A stretch of 64,000 nt of DNA, taken from contig NIVC01002128.1 of NCBI GenBank assembly GCA_002269645.1, positions 124,001 to 188,000 of the forward strand, in the 5' to 3' direction. The notes under the pieces are model-generated. The model was not told the DNA's origin. It worked only from the letters and a program-made list of their open reading frames with translations, and searched no databases. The number at the start of each line of letters is the position of its first letter. Positions within the stretch are counted from its first letter, which is position 1. The stretch comes from Macrostomum lignano (Eukaryota). Both the position numbers and the translations under genes were made by a program. Positions 11,492 through 33,895 of the stretch are shown in pieces.

Positions 11492-11501
11492 CCATATTTG
11501 G
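11492..11501. promoter_or_regulatory. CArG box (SRF site) upstream of the myosin gene
   Basis: CCATATTTGG is an exact CC(A/T)6GG match, located roughly 100-250 bp upstream of the putative non-coding first exon. Confidence 0.55.
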
Positions 11502-11619
11502 TCATGCTGCCAATGGTGGCTGCTGCGCCGGATCAGGGTTGGCTGATTCGATGCCGGATGCTTGTCGGTAGGGGCCACAAAAAGCCGCGGCAGCTTCCCG
11601 AGGAACACTTTGCCCCGCA

Positions 11620-11744
11620 AAGCACACACTGAGAGAGACGAGCAAGAAGCTGCAGTTTTTTCTTTTTCTTTAGAGCATTCTTTTCTAGTACGTTTCGATA
11701 GAACTTTTTAAATTAGAAATCTTTCACTCGCCACTTGACTGTTG
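11620..11744 (+). other. Probable non-coding first exon of the myosin heavy chain gene (start approximate)
   Basis: Ends in a consensus donor G|GTAAGT at 11745. The ATG exon has an acceptor (tttcag at 12270) just 5 nt upstream of the ATG. Confidence 0.55.
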
Positions 11745-11857
11745 GTAAGTTTGAGCTTATTGTTGTTGCTATGTCGAGGCTCTGAGTAACTGAGTTGAAA
11801 AGCATCCAACCTGTGCTACCTGGGGTTTGAGTCTGCCACAATAATTTAGGGCTCCTG

Positions 11858-11867
11858 CTAAAAATAA
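11858..11867. promoter_or_regulatory. MEF2 consensus site in putative intron 1 of the myosin gene
   Basis: CTAAAAATAA matches YTA(A/T)4TAR. Confidence 0.4.
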
Positions 11868-12275
11868 GTCTCAGGTTCTTGTGTGATTTTCGCCCATGAG
11901 GGTCAGTCTGATCATGTCGAGCCGCTGTACTCAGTAAACCCTGAGTGAGTACCTGCGTTCGAAACCACTTGCCATTACTTGCTCAGGAATAAAGCTGTCG
12001 ACTGTCATCTTATATTTGGTATTCTCGGTTGTTCAATGTGCCCAAGGTAGACAGTGAACAAACTTTCTGTTACAGGGTAGCTTGATAATTGTCAGCCTTC
12101 CTTGGCATGTAGCTCACATCTCCAACGTTAGGAACTTAGAGATACTCTTGATTGCATTGAGTCTCGAAGCTAGTTAAAGTCCAACATCTTCATGTTAGTC
12201 TTTTAAATGATCTTTATATACATTTTCAAACCATTAATAAATGTTATTTATGAAACAAAACTTATTTCAGCTAAA

Positions 12276-21654
<9,379 letters not shown>

Positions 21655-21834
21655 CCGCGTCGTCGGTTAAAAAGTTTTTTATTTACGCGATGCGACAGCT
21701 TTTTTGGGCGATGTTGTGAGTTATGCGGTTCGCTGTCAGCTAACAGGTGATGGTCTGATTGAAGAGTGCACTGGGGAGCTTACTGTCACAATAGTCGAAT
21801 TACAGTGCTATCAGATAGATTGTAGTCCCTGTGT

Positions 21835-22198
21835 CATCAGATGGGTCATAGTGCTGGTAGTTGAGGTCATAGTGTCATCAGATGGGTCATAGTGTCATCA
21901 GATGGGTCACAGTCTCAGAAGATGGATCAGAGTGCCGATAGATTGTGGTCATAGTGTCAGCAGCTGGTCATAATGCCAGCAGACGGGTCATGATGTCAGC
22001 AGATGGGTCATGATGTCAGTAGATAGGTCACAATGTCAGCAAATGGGTCACAATGTCAGCAGATGGGTCACAGTGTCAGCAGATGGGTCACAGTGTCAGC
22101 AGATGGGTCACAGTGTCAGCAGATGGGTCACAGTGTCAGCAGATGAGTCACAGTGTCAGCAGATGAGTCACAGTGTCAGCAGATGGGTCACAGTGTCT
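21835..22198 (+). repeat. 20-bp minisatellite (gtcagcagatgggtcacagt)
   Basis: Tandem units directly after the myosin stop codon. Confidence 0.9.
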
Positions 22199-23344
22199 CT
22201 AGCTGAATTTCCATGTCCTTTTTTCAGAGAAAATTTCGTCTCTTAGCGGTCGACAAGCAAGGAGGTGAAAGGCTTCATAACTTTTTAAGACAATTTTTTC
22301 TGACTAACTTAGTCATTGTTTTCTACTATTAGCCTGACTGCAACCCTCGCTTTTGCACCTTTATATTAGCAATACGAAACGTAGCGGTCTAGAATTTAAA
22401 ACGCTAAATAAAACAATCAGCAGTAGAAATATTATAAAGATAGCAAATACATCGCTAAGGTCATTCTATACTTTGTTAAAATTCATCCTCGTTCAGAAAG
22501 ACCCCAGTTTTGTCTCTTTGCTGTCAGTCAGACTGAGATTTGCCGTCTCGTCTCGCTTTCGAGTGTGCAAGTGGTTGGTAATCTTTCTCTTATGATGCTT
22601 CCATTGCGGCCTTGTCTAAGTCTCTTTTTTGTGTTTCGGATGTCCCTCTGCGGGGGACCTGCCTCTCTGTATGTCTGGCGCGCCAACCGCAGGATGACTC
22701 ATCAAAGCTGCTCATCAAAGCTGTCAAATCGCGAGAATGTGAGAACTGTCTCAAACAGTTTTCTAATGGCTCTCAATTATCTTTATTAAGTCGCGCGCTG
22801 CTGTAGCAAATATTTAGGCAATTTAAAACAGTGCATGGTTCCGCAGTTTACTGGCTAATCTTAGTCGCTTTTTACTGCAATTTACTGTGTTTACTACTTG
22901 TCAGCGTATCGCTAAAAAATCGTTTTTTCTCTCGCATAATCTACGCTTTCTAGCGCTTTTTTAGCGTTGGATGAACAACATTTTTTTCAATCGCGGTCCA
23001 CGCTTTTATTTACAAGTCAAGTCGCTTTTTAACTTGCTTACTGTACTACTCAATCTGCATGCCAGTAGTAGCAATGTTGGCATTCGAGCAGGCAATTTTT
23101 TAATCTGTGCCTTTACTTTTTTTGAAGCTTTATCTCACTGGAAAATCAATCTACCTAGAAAGCTTGAGCCGATAATTAAACTGTAGAACTCCTCTGTGAG
23201 GAAACCATGAACTCGTAGAGCCACAGCGCAGGCATCTCCGAACGCTTTTTCAATTAGCTCATTAAATATATTTCTCTGTTTACCTGACTTCATTTCTTTA
23301 TCCGCCCGAACCAATTTCACCTTTGTACTGACACAGTACACAAC

Positions 23345-24030
23345 TGCTACTGACACTCTAAGTGAACTAGTGACACACTAAGTGAACTAGTGACATACTA
23401 AGTGAGCTACTGACACACTAAGTGAGCTACTGACACACTAAGTGAGCTACTGACACACTAAGTGAGCTACTGACACACTAAGTGAGCTACTGACACACCC
23501 TAAGTGAGCTACTGACACACTAAGTGAGCTACTGACACACTAAGTGAGCTCCTGACACTCTAAGTGAGCTACTGACACACTAAGTGAGCTGCTGACACAC
23601 TAAGTGAGCTACTGACACACTAAGTGAGCTACTGACACACTACGTGAGCTGCTGACACACTAAGTGAGCTGCTGACACACTAAGTGAGCTCCTGACACAC
23701 TAAGTGAGCTACTGACACACTAAGTGAGCTACTGACACACAAGTGAGCTACTGACACACTAAGTAAGCTGCTGACACACTAAGTGAGCTGCTGACACACT
23801 AAGTGAGCTACTGACACACTAAGTGAGCTACTGACACACTAAGTGAGCTACTGTCACACTAAGTGAGCTACTGACACACTAAGTGAGCTACTGACACACT
23901 AAGTGAGCTACTGACACACTAAGTGAGCTACTGACACACTAAGTTAGCTACTGACACACTAAGTGAGCTACTGACACACTAAGTGAGCTACTGACACACT
24001 AAGTGAGCTACTGACACACTAAGTTAGCTA
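23345..24030 (+). repeat. 20-bp minisatellite (ctactgacacactaagtgag)
   Basis: About 34 near-perfect units. Confidence 0.97.
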
Positions 24031-24776
24031 CTAACTAACTTATCGATTGCGGATTTTCTGCCGTGAGATCTGAATGCATCGTATCTGGGTGAGCTGCCCC
24101 TATCCTCTTGTCTGCTTCAGACTGAGCAGTGGCAAAGAAAATAATGAAGTTTTTTAATGCTTGCAATGAGCGCAGCACAGCATCAGTCCAAATAAAGGCT
24201 CTCCACTACTAATTTCTATTAGTGAGTTTTCAATAGCATGCTAGCTCGTACTTCATAGTTTTCTATGAAATTTACTTTCAATATTGAAGCTGAAAGGCCT
24301 GCTGAGCTCATCTTAAGTTCCGTAGCAATATGGGATTTGAGGAAAAAAATATTATAACGTCGGAGACGGCAAGTTGACTTCGTTTAAAAGCAGATGGATC
24401 TCCCGACGACTCCCTGTTGAGGATGCAGTTTTTCAAATCTCCCTCGAGACTTTGCGACAAGCTAGCGGCAGATTTTCAGTTTGCAGGAAAAATATGAGGC
24501 GAGTAAACACTGTGTCGATGGGTCCTCTGCCACCCTACTGAGCTGCCACTCCCCTGGGGTTTTATTACCAAATTCAGCGAAGATTTAAGGCCCACTTAGA
24601 CTGGCAGGCGATAGGTCTTTCGTCAAGTAAACAACAAACTCCTGCTTATGATTTTGAGAGAAAAATTGTTTACAAGAAACACACTTTACAGAGCCCGTTC
24701 GCTGAACTTCTTGTTTACGGAAACTTACTGAGATTCAGTTGAATATATACAATAGAGAATAATATATACAGTAGAA

Positions 24777-25285
24777 ACTGACCGAGTGACAAACAGGTAA
24801 TGACCGAGTGACGGACATTTAGTGACCGAGTGACGGATACTTGATAATCAAGTGACGAACAGTTAATGACCGAGTGACAGACAGTGACCGAGTGACAAAC
24901 AGGTAATGACCGAGTGACAGACAGTTAATGACCGAATGACAGACAGGTAATGACCGAGTGACGGAAGTTAATGACCGAGTGACAGACAGTTAATGACCGA
25001 GTGACAGACAGTTAATGACCAAGTGACGGACACTTGATGACCGAGTGACGAACAGTTAATGACAGAGTGACGGACAGTTAATGACCGATTGACAGACAGT
25101 TGATGACCGAGTGACGAATAGTTAATGACAGAGTGACGGACAGTTAATGACCGAGTGACAGACAGTTAATGACCAAGTGACGGACACTTGATGACCGAGT
25201 GACGAACAGTTAATGAACGAGTGACAGACAGTTAATGACCGAGTGACAGACAGTTAATGACCGAGGAGTGACAAGCAGTTATGAC
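24777..25285 (+). repeat. 22-bp minisatellite (gttaatgaccgagtgacagaca)
   Basis: About 23 units. Confidence 0.93.
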
Positions 25286-25734
25286 TGAGTAGCAGGCTAA
25301 AAAATCTCAATTTCGTTCTCTGAAAACGCGGGCGCATGTCAGTAAATCCAATAATGTTCTGTAGTTTATACATATTGACCTCTACTTGTATGCAAAATTG
25401 CTATCTATAGTTATAAGAGATGAAGGCCTTACTGCATGTGAAGCTAAGGCGGAACCCTGAGGGTACAGAGAAAGGGATTAATATAGGGCATAGATAGGAT
25501 AGGCGAGGTTAGTTACCAGTACCGCAGCTAACTCACAACTAATTGTTAGGAAGAGAATGAAACATGCAATTTGAGCATGCATATTCATGTCCTTATAGCT
25601 GCCAACCAGATCGCTTGCAGGTTATGCGGAGTCTGAGTTGCCAGTCTTGCTAGATGAACTGATATGAGCTGGGAGGCATCTGATGCAGCTAGCTGTGCAG
25701 AGATAAATACTCACGTTTTCAACCTATAGCCTAC

Positions 25735-27298
25735 CGCACTCTCTTACTGAGCTGTCACTCTCCCTACTGAGCTGTCACTCCTCCTACTGAGCTGTCATTC
25801 CCACTATTGAGCTGTCACTCCCCCTACTGAGCTGTCACTCTCCCTACTGAGCTGTCACTCCCACTACTGAGCTGTCACTCCCACTACTGAGCTGTCACTC
25901 CCACTACTGAGCTGTCACTCCCCCTACTGAGCTGTCACTCCCACTACTGAGCTGTCACTCCCACTACTGAGCTGTCACTCCCCCTACTGAGCTGTCACTC
26001 CCACTACTGAGCTGTCACTCCCACTACTGAGCTGTCACTCCCACTACTGAGCTGTCATTCCCCCTACTGAGCTGTCACTCTCCCTACTGAGCTGTCACTC
26101 CCCTTACTGAGCTGTCATTCCCACTATTGAGCTGTCACTCTCCCTACTGAGCTGTCACTCCCACTACTGAGCTGTCACTCCCACTACTGAGCTGTCATTC
26201 CCCCTACTGAGCTGTCACTCCCACTACTGAGCTGTCACTCCCACTACTGAGCTGTCACTCCCACTACTGAGCTGTCATTCCCCCTACTGAGCTGTCACTC
26301 TCCCTACTGAGCTGTCACTCCCCTTACTGAGCTGTCATTCCCACTATTGAGCTGTCACTCTCCCTACTGAGCTGTCACTCCCCTTACTGAGCTGTCATTC
26401 CCCCTACTGAGCTGTCACTCTCCCTACTGAGCTGTCACTCCCCTTACTGAGCTGTCACTCCCCCTACTGAGCTGTCACTTCCCCTACTGAGCTGTCACTC
26501 CCCTTACTGAGCTGTCACTCCCCCTACTGAGCTGTCACTCCCCCTACTGAGCTGTCACTCTCACTACTGAGCTGTCACTCCCCCTACTGAGCTGTCACTC
26601 CCTTACTGAGCTGTCACTCCCCTTACTGAGCTGTCACTCCCCTACTGAGCTTTCACTCCCCCTACTGAGCTGTCACTCCCCTACTGAGCTGTCACTCCCC
26701 TTACTGAGCTGTCACTCCCCCTACTGAGCTGTCACTCCCCTTACTGAGCTGTCACTCCCCTACTGAGCTGTCACTCCCCCTACTGAGCTGTCACTCTCAC
26801 TACTGAGCTGTCACTCCCCCTACTGAGCTGTCACTCCCCTTACTGAGCTGTCACTCCCCTTACTGAGCTGTCACTCCCCCTACTGAGCTTTCACTCCCCC
26901 TACTGAGCTGTCACTCCCCCTACTGAGCTGTCACTCCCCCTACTGAGCTGTCACTCCCCCTACTGAGCTGTCACTCCCCTTACTGAGCTGTCACTCCCCT
27001 TACTGAGCTGTCACTCCCCTTACTGAGCTGTCACTCCCCCTACTGAGCTGTCACTCCCCTTACTGAGCTGTCACTCCCCCTACTGAGCTGTCACTCCCCC
27101 TACTGAGCTGTCACTCCCCTTACTGAGCTGTCACTCCCCTTACTGAGCTGTCACTCCCCTTACTGAGCTGTCACTCCCCTTACTGAGCTGTCACTCCCCT
27201 TACTGAGCTGTCACTCCCCCTACTGAGCTGTCACTCCCACTACTGAGCTGTCACTCCCCCTACTGAGCTGTCACTCTCCCTACTGAGCTGTCACTCCT
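25735..27298 (+). repeat. 20-bp minisatellite (ctactgagctgtcactcccc)
   Basis: About 78 units; variation is confined to the 4-5 nt C-rich segment. Confidence 0.98.
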
Positions 27299-27884
27299 TG
27301 TATCTCTAACCTCCAAGTCACTACCATCTGGGTCACTACCCTCGCGTCACTACCTCCTCACTAAACCCTTACTCAGCTCAAGCAGCAGCAATAATATTTA
27401 TTGCCATTTTAAATCCGTTACTTATCACTCAACAAAAGTACAGTCGGGAGCGCTCAGCAGCAGTCGAATCCGGGAGCCAGTAGCAAAAGCCCTCTCACCC
27501 AGCGGCTCAGTATCTCTGCCACCCCGTATTTTTCTCGCTCCCTTTCCTTCTCTCAGTGCTTTCAATTAAACAGTCAGTTCAGTCAGCCGAGTGTTCGAGC
27601 TCGTACACTGACAGGGTGGACTACAGCGCGTATTGACACTCATCGGATTAGGTAAGATTAGCTCACCTGTGCGATCGCTTCCTGGGTAAGAGCACTGATA
27701 GAAGCTTAACAACTCGATTAGGGGTTTCAGTTAGCCAACATATTAGCGAGAACTTATCTAAGTACAACCAACTCTCTTTGCAAAACAATTTTTATAATAC
27801 AGATGTGCTGTGAAGTAGAAGTTCTTGATTCACTGAAGCTAAAATTCAGGGGTTCAGGTAAACATATTTATTTACTGTGTTGTC

Positions 27885-28182
27885 ACTGAGCTGTCGATGA
27901 GTTGTCACTCCCCCTACAACTACCACAACCCCTAATGACCTATTACAACCCCCAACTGACCTATCACAACCCCCAACTGACCTATCACAACCCCTACGTA
28001 CCTATCACAACCCCTACTGACCTATCACAAACCCTACTGACCTATCACAACCCCTACTGACCTATCACAACCCCTACTGACCTATCACAAACCCTACTGA
28101 CCTATCACAACCCCTACTGACCTCACACCCCCTAGTGACCTACAACAATCCCCTACTGACCTATCACAACCACCTACTGAAC
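27885..28182 (+). repeat. 20-bp minisatellite (ctactgacctatcacaaccc)
   Basis: About 14 units. Confidence 0.9.
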
Positions 28183-28384
28183 CATCTTATCAAAATTTAG
28201 CCTCTAAACTTTTGTCTGACTTTGATAACGCAGAGCCTGTGTCTAACTACTATAGAATATTTGTACTTTTAGGTTTAATTTTCAATATTTCAACTGCTAG
28301 CACCTGTTTGGCAGGCAGAATTTTAACTATTAATGACCTACATCGATCTAATTGTCAGCCTTGCGGGATTGAACTCAAGCGAGC

Positions 28385-28955
28385 ATTTATTCTCCTCTCC
28401 TCTCCTCTCCTCTCCTCTCCTCTCCTCTCCTCTCCTCTCCTCACCTCTCCTCTCTCCTCTCCTCTCCTCTCCTCTCCTCTCCTCTCCTCTCCTCTCCTCT
28501 CCTCTCTCCTCTCCTCTCCTCACCTCTCCTCTCTCCTCTCCTCTCCTCTCATCACCTCTCCTCTCTCCTCTCCTCTCCTCTCCTCACCTCTCCTCTCCTC
28601 TCCTCTCCTCTCCTCTCCTCTCCTCTCCTCTCCTCTCCTCTCCTCTCCTCTCCTCTCCTCTCCTCTCCTCTCCTCTCCTCTCCTCTCCTCTCCTCTCCTC
28701 TCCTCTGCTCTCCTCTCTTTTCCACTCCTCTCCTCTCTTCTCTTCTCTTCTCTTCTCCTTCCTTTCCTTCTTTCCTCCCATTCTCCTATCCCTTCTCACC
28801 TCTCTTCTCTCCTCTCTTTTCGCCTCTCCTCGCCTCTGGCCCCTCGCCTCTCCTTTCTCCTTTCTTCTATCCCATCTCCCCTCTCTATTCTCTATTCTCG
28901 CAGCCCTGCGCTGGGTTCCCTACCAGGCCTTTGAAGTAAAAAAGTTACTAAAGTG
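28385..28955 (+). repeat. (CTCTC)n polypyrimidine tract ending in a degenerate end of the CT-core MITE family
   Basis: Pentamer array followed by ccaggcctttgaagtaaaaaagtt, which is similar to the ends at about 53930 and 61480. Confidence 0.7.
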
Positions 28956-29100
28956 GGCCAACTGCCGCCTTGATCCATTAGCTCGGACCCCAACTTAGCG
29001 TCTGTTGCATCCAACTGCAACTTTTTGTACTCTACAGTGTGCGACTACTTGAGTCGATTGCCAAATCGCAGAACAACCTGCTCGACCAGTCTGAGCCGCA

Positions 29101-31757
29101 ATGGCATCCGGTAGGGCCACATTCCTTTGCCCATCGGAGATCAACTACATCTCCAAACTGGACGCCGAGGCCAACGAGGACTGTCGACGACGCCTAAACG
29201 ACGTTGACTTGGCCGAGTACTCGCGCAGGCTGCTCAGCCACAACTCCGGCTACCCGAAACTGCAGGTGGCGCGTCGCAACGGTCAGTGGTACGCGCTGAA
29301 CAGCCTGCACCTGACCATCTGCCAGCACATGCAGCGGAGCGGACGATGCCGCCGCGTGCGAGTTGTCATCTGTCCGGACCGGCTGCTGCCGCAGAGTCTG
29401 GGCAGTCGGCTGATGCCTGGTGAAGGTAGGGACCGGCTCTGACCGCACCTGCGTCAATAATAATTGCAGGAATTGTGGGCCCCTGGCGCCGTGTCTTCGG
29501 TTGACATGGTTCCACAGCCAGAGCTGAGGCAATTCTGCCCATTCCGCAGACTTGACCTGCTGACACAGTGTCGGATAGATGATCTGTAAATCTACTTGAC
29601 CTGCTGACACAGTGTCGGATAGATGATCTGTAAATCTACTTGACCTGCTGACACAGTGTCGGATAGAGGATCTGTAAATCTACTTGACGTGCTGACACAG
29701 TGTCGGATAGATGATCTGTAAATCTACTTGACCTGCTGACACAGTGTCGGATAGATGATCTGTAAATCTACTTGACCTGCTGACACAGTGTCGGATAGAG
29801 GATCTGTAAATCTACTTGACCTGCTGACACAGTGTCGGATAGATGATATGTAAATCTACTTGACCTGCTGACACAGTGTCGGATAGATGATCTGTAAATC
29901 TACTTGACCTGCTGACACAGTGTCGGATAGATGATCTGCAAATCTACTTGACCTGCTGACACAGTGTCGGATAGATGATCTGTAAATCTACTTGACCTGC
30001 TGACACAGTGTCGGATAGATGATCTGCAAATCTACTTGACCTGCTGACACAGTGTCGGATAGAGGATCTGTAAATCTACTTGACGTGCTGACACAGTGTC
30101 GGATAGATGATCTGTAAATTCTGGAGTTCATCATAACTCAGAGATACTCCAATCCAGTTGAGTTTCACAGTTGAAGAGTTTGGATTTTTTTGGGGGTGGG
30201 GGAAGATGGATCAGACAGTGCTGCCATGTGTAAATAATAACTCAGATATATTACGACTATATACTTCGCAGGCTGTGTGATAAATTTTCTCACAGCTCAA
30301 GGAAATATTTACCGTTACTTTGGTATCTTATCTTTCCTCTCTTTCTTTCCTGCTTGACTCGGGGATCTGTTTTTATTTACATTTTTCTGCTCTAAAATGA
30401 CGAGGCGCAGGATCAGGGTCCCGGACAGCTAGGCGAAAGGGACTTGGCCCAGTTACAGGCTCGGCGGGCACAACAGTACGGATTCACTTAGAGATTGACT
30501 CCGAAAAGTTTGGCCGAGGGAAAGGATTTATTTCTGGTCTCATAGGGGGGCAGTTTTTTATGTCATTTTCTCTAATATTCGCCTCAGGGACCGGCCGGGG
30601 CTCGGGACACGCTGGCCGAATTTCCTTCGCCCGTCTGCCTGCCTGCCTGCCCGCCTTAGTTCTCTCAGTTCTTGTGTCTTTCTGTTGCCCCTCATTTCCC
30701 TGACTACAAATGCAAAGAAACGGATCTAAATATCAGCATCTGGCAGGACTGAGTGTCCCTCCTTATGCTGTGGCACTCATTGGAGCACGATACGCTCCGA
30801 GTTGCCGTCTCTGTCCAATGCGTTCGAAAAGAGTTGTTGCGGAAAGAGGAAGTTTCTGGGTGCCAATAAGTACGAGCTATTGAGTACTTTCTGGAGGGAA
30901 AACTAGTCGTAGTAAGGAAGTGACTTTGATAAGTCAGTTTGATTTTGCAAGTGACTTTGAGAGAAAATATTATAATGACCAGTCAAAGTATATGCCATGA
31001 AAGGACCTCACAGATGAGTCAATTTAACGTTCGATGGAACGTTTATACTGAGCCCTCGGTTGAGGACCTCTTGTATGAGTACTTAGAACTCTCGGTTCAA
31101 GACATCTTAACATTGAACTATCGGTTCACGACATCATGTACATTGGACTCTAAGTTCAGGACATCTTGTACATTGGACTCTCGGTTCAGGACATCTTGTA
31201 CATTGGACTCTCGGTTCAGGACATCTTGTACATTGGACTCTCAGTTCAGGACATCTTGTACATTGGACTCTCGGTTCAGGACATCTTGTACATTGGACTC
31301 TCGGTTCAGGACATCTTGTACATTGGACTCTCGGTTCAGGACATCTTGTACATTGGACTCTCGGTTCAGGACATCTTGTACATTGGACTCTCGGTTCAGG
31401 ACATCTTGTACATTGGACTCTCGGTTCAGGACATCTTGTACATTGGACTCTTGGTCCAGGACATCTTGAAAAGTAAAACATCAGTCAAGGGCATTGTGTA
31501 CGAGCTCGTACATTAGGTGTACCTTTTGCTAAAACGAAAACCTCCAAGAAAACAAAAACAGAAGACAGTTTTTCTTCAAGGTGAAGCTGCCTTCGATCCT
31601 TCGTATGTTGAAGCAGCAGTTGCATCAAACTGAGACACTTAAACCACCTTGCCACGCATTGTTTTAGACACGAGGCCATCGACAAGCAGAAACCGTCGAC
31701 CAAGGAGCAACAACGAACAACAATTCGCCAGCAGTGCAAGCAGCATCAGCGAGAGCA

Positions 31758-31788
<31 letters not shown>

Positions 31789-32170
31789 TGGAAGCGGCAA
31801 CACTGCTGGAAGCAGTAGCAGCAGCAGCGGCAGCAGTAGCAGCCGCAGAGGCAGCTACCGGCCAGCCAAACGCGGCCCAAAAGACTTCAGCGACGAAGAA
31901 GACACGGAGGACGACTGCTCAGCGTCTGGAAGCTTCTGCAGCGAGTGCGAGTCGCTGGAGGCCGCCGGCAGGGGTCACCTCCGCAGACGCTGGCAGAGAC
32001 GCCGTCGAAGGCGTCCGACTGTAGCTGCGACGGCCGGGGCGGCAGAGACGACGAAGGGTAGCGTTGGAATTGCCGGGATATCCTTAGGTGAGCACTTCGA
32101 TAGTTTTCTTGTTTTAGTCGCCGTTTCTTTTGCAGCTTCAGGTATTGCAATTGCGTACTGCTTAAAATAA
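29101..32170 (+). CDS. Putative 259-aa protein: ParB/Sulfiredoxin-like N-terminal domain, Ser-rich/acidic linker, C-terminal tail anchor
   Basis: Exons 29101-29425, 31668-32087 and 32136-32170 have GT-AG phase-1 introns and total 780 nt in frame. Motif YPKLQVARRNGQWYALNSLHL; C-terminus VGIAGISLASGIAIAYCLK*. A probable non-coding upstream exon ends at 27651 (donor gtaaga), with an acceptor at 29037. The domain call is by eye. Confidence 0.6.
29550..30118 (+). repeat. 44-bp tandem repeat (acttgacctgctgacacagtgtcggatagatgatctgtaaatct)
   Basis: About 13 contiguous near-identical units with no spacers. Confidence 0.97.
31120..31468 (+). repeat. 30-bp tandem repeat (tacattggactctcggttcaggacatcttg)
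   Basis: About 11 near-perfect units. Confidence 0.97.
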
Positions 32171-33229
32171 ACATACGAGCTAATATCTAAACAACACCTG
32201 AGTAGTCCATGGTTGCAAAAGATTTGTCTGCATGTTGTGTGTCCTTAACAGTATAATAAGATCTGCTGGTACACCTGTGGTGGAGGCAAACCAGATGACG
32301 CGTTTCAGAAAACAAGTTGGCACATAAAACCAGAAAATGACACTCCGTACGCGTACGGTCCTGCAGCGGCGGCTGAGGGTTTCGCAAATTAACCGCAAGG
32401 ACAACTAGAGTTTTACGTCACATCAGTCTAGATATCCTTTATTGACCAAACCTCACGGTGCATCATATGACGTGTCAGATGATGACAAAGACATACGAGC
32501 GTACATGCAGTTTTACTAGGACCAAGCTTAACTAGATCGAAATTTCACCAGCTGTTAATCGTGCGCAGTGAAGATTGTACGTGTTTTTTTATCTCTAGTG
32601 ACGATTTCTAATTTCGAGCTGTTGAAGTATTCAGTTTGCGTAACTTTGAGAATACGTCTCGTTGCCGGGCAAGATGACGTGTCTCAGAGCACCAGCATCA
32701 GATAAGTACGTGAACTGTTCGGAGTAAATTAATTTCAAATGGCTTTCTTTGCTTCCGCAGTTGCCTCTTCCACCGAAAATGCTGCTGAAGAAGGGGCTTG
32801 TCAGAACAGCCAGCAACAGCAGAAGCTGCAGCAACATCCGGGTCCGAAAGACACCGATGCAGAGCCGCAGCATCCCGAGTTTCAAGCGCTACTGTAAATT
32901 TTCACTGCGAAAACTTTGTGTAATGATTAAGGTTAAAATGTATCGACATTGCTATCTTTTAGTAACTGCATCGTAGTTGACTTGGAAATTCTGATGCGAT
33001 CTTAAAGCCAAATAAAGAAATGTTGAAGCCTAAAGTAAACTCTGACAATGAGTCTGGCACAGCTAAACAGCATCTGTCTCTCCGGTGCGTTGCAATCATT
33101 TTAGTGGTTAATGGGTGCGAATTTCCGAGACAAACTTTACCGACAGCTTCAGAATCAGCTTTTATTGTAGATTTTAAATTAGGTGTTTCGAAGTATGCGT
33201 TAAGATTTTTAAGTCATTGCATGTAGGGT

Positions 33230-33895
33230 GCTTCTCAGTCTGTCAGAGTGCCTCTCGGTCTGTGTCTGTCAGAGTGCTTCTCAGTCATGTTTCAGAGTGC
33301 TTCTTAATTTGTGTATCTGTCAGAGTGCTTCTCAGTCTGTGTGACTGTCAGAGTGCTTCTCAGTCTGTTTGTTTGTCAGAGTGCCTCTAAATCTGTGTCA
33401 GAGTGCCTCTCAGTCTGTGTGTCTGTCAGAGTACTTCTCAGGTTATGTGTCTGTCAGAGTGCTTCTCAGTCTGTGTGTTTGTCAGAGTGCTTCTCAGTCT
33501 GTGTGTTTGTCAGAGTGCTTCTCAGTCTGTGTGTTTGTCAGAGTGCTTCTCAGTCTGTGTGTTTGTCAGAGTGCTTCTCAGTCTGTGTGTTTGTCAGAGT
33601 TCTTCTCAGTCTGTGTGTTTTTCAGAGTGCTTCTCAGCCTCTTTCCGAGTGCTTCTCAACCTCTTACAGAGTGCTTCTCAGTCTGTGTGACTGTCAGAGT
33701 GCTTCTCAGTCTGTGTAACTGTCAGAGTGCTTCTCAGTCTGTGTGACTGTCGGAATGCTTCTCAGTCTGTGTCAGTGCTTCTCAGTCTGTTTCAGAGTGC
33801 CTCTCAGCATGTGTGTTTGTCAGAGTGCCTCTCAATCTGTGACTATCAGAGGGCTTCCCAGTCTGTGTTTCAGAGTGCTTCTCGGTCTGTATCAG
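33230..33895 (+). repeat. About 28-bp minisatellite (gtcagagtgcttctcagtctgtgtgttt)
   Basis: More than 20 variable units. Confidence 0.93.

Noticed and set aside
10649-11571. Overlapping 66-126 aa ORFs in the GC-rich region upstream of myosin
   Set aside because: No recognisable domain, and ORFs occur on both strands; better explained as a GC-rich promoter region.
22565-22806. Short ORFs downstream of myosin
   Set aside because: No homology, no coherent splice structure and no clear start.
28212-28998. Leu/Ser/Pro-rich ORFs here and at 41512-42421, 52599-53941 and 56941-57961
   Set aside because: Translations of CT-rich simple repeats.
29550-30118. 44-bp partly palindromic repeats as a CRISPR array
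   Set aside because: The units are contiguous with no unique spacers, there are no cas genes, and the context is a eukaryotic intron.
32631-32976. Signal-peptide-like minus ORF and Gln-rich plus-strand exon candidate
   Set aside because: Several mutually incompatible readings exist and none could be joined into a supported gene model.
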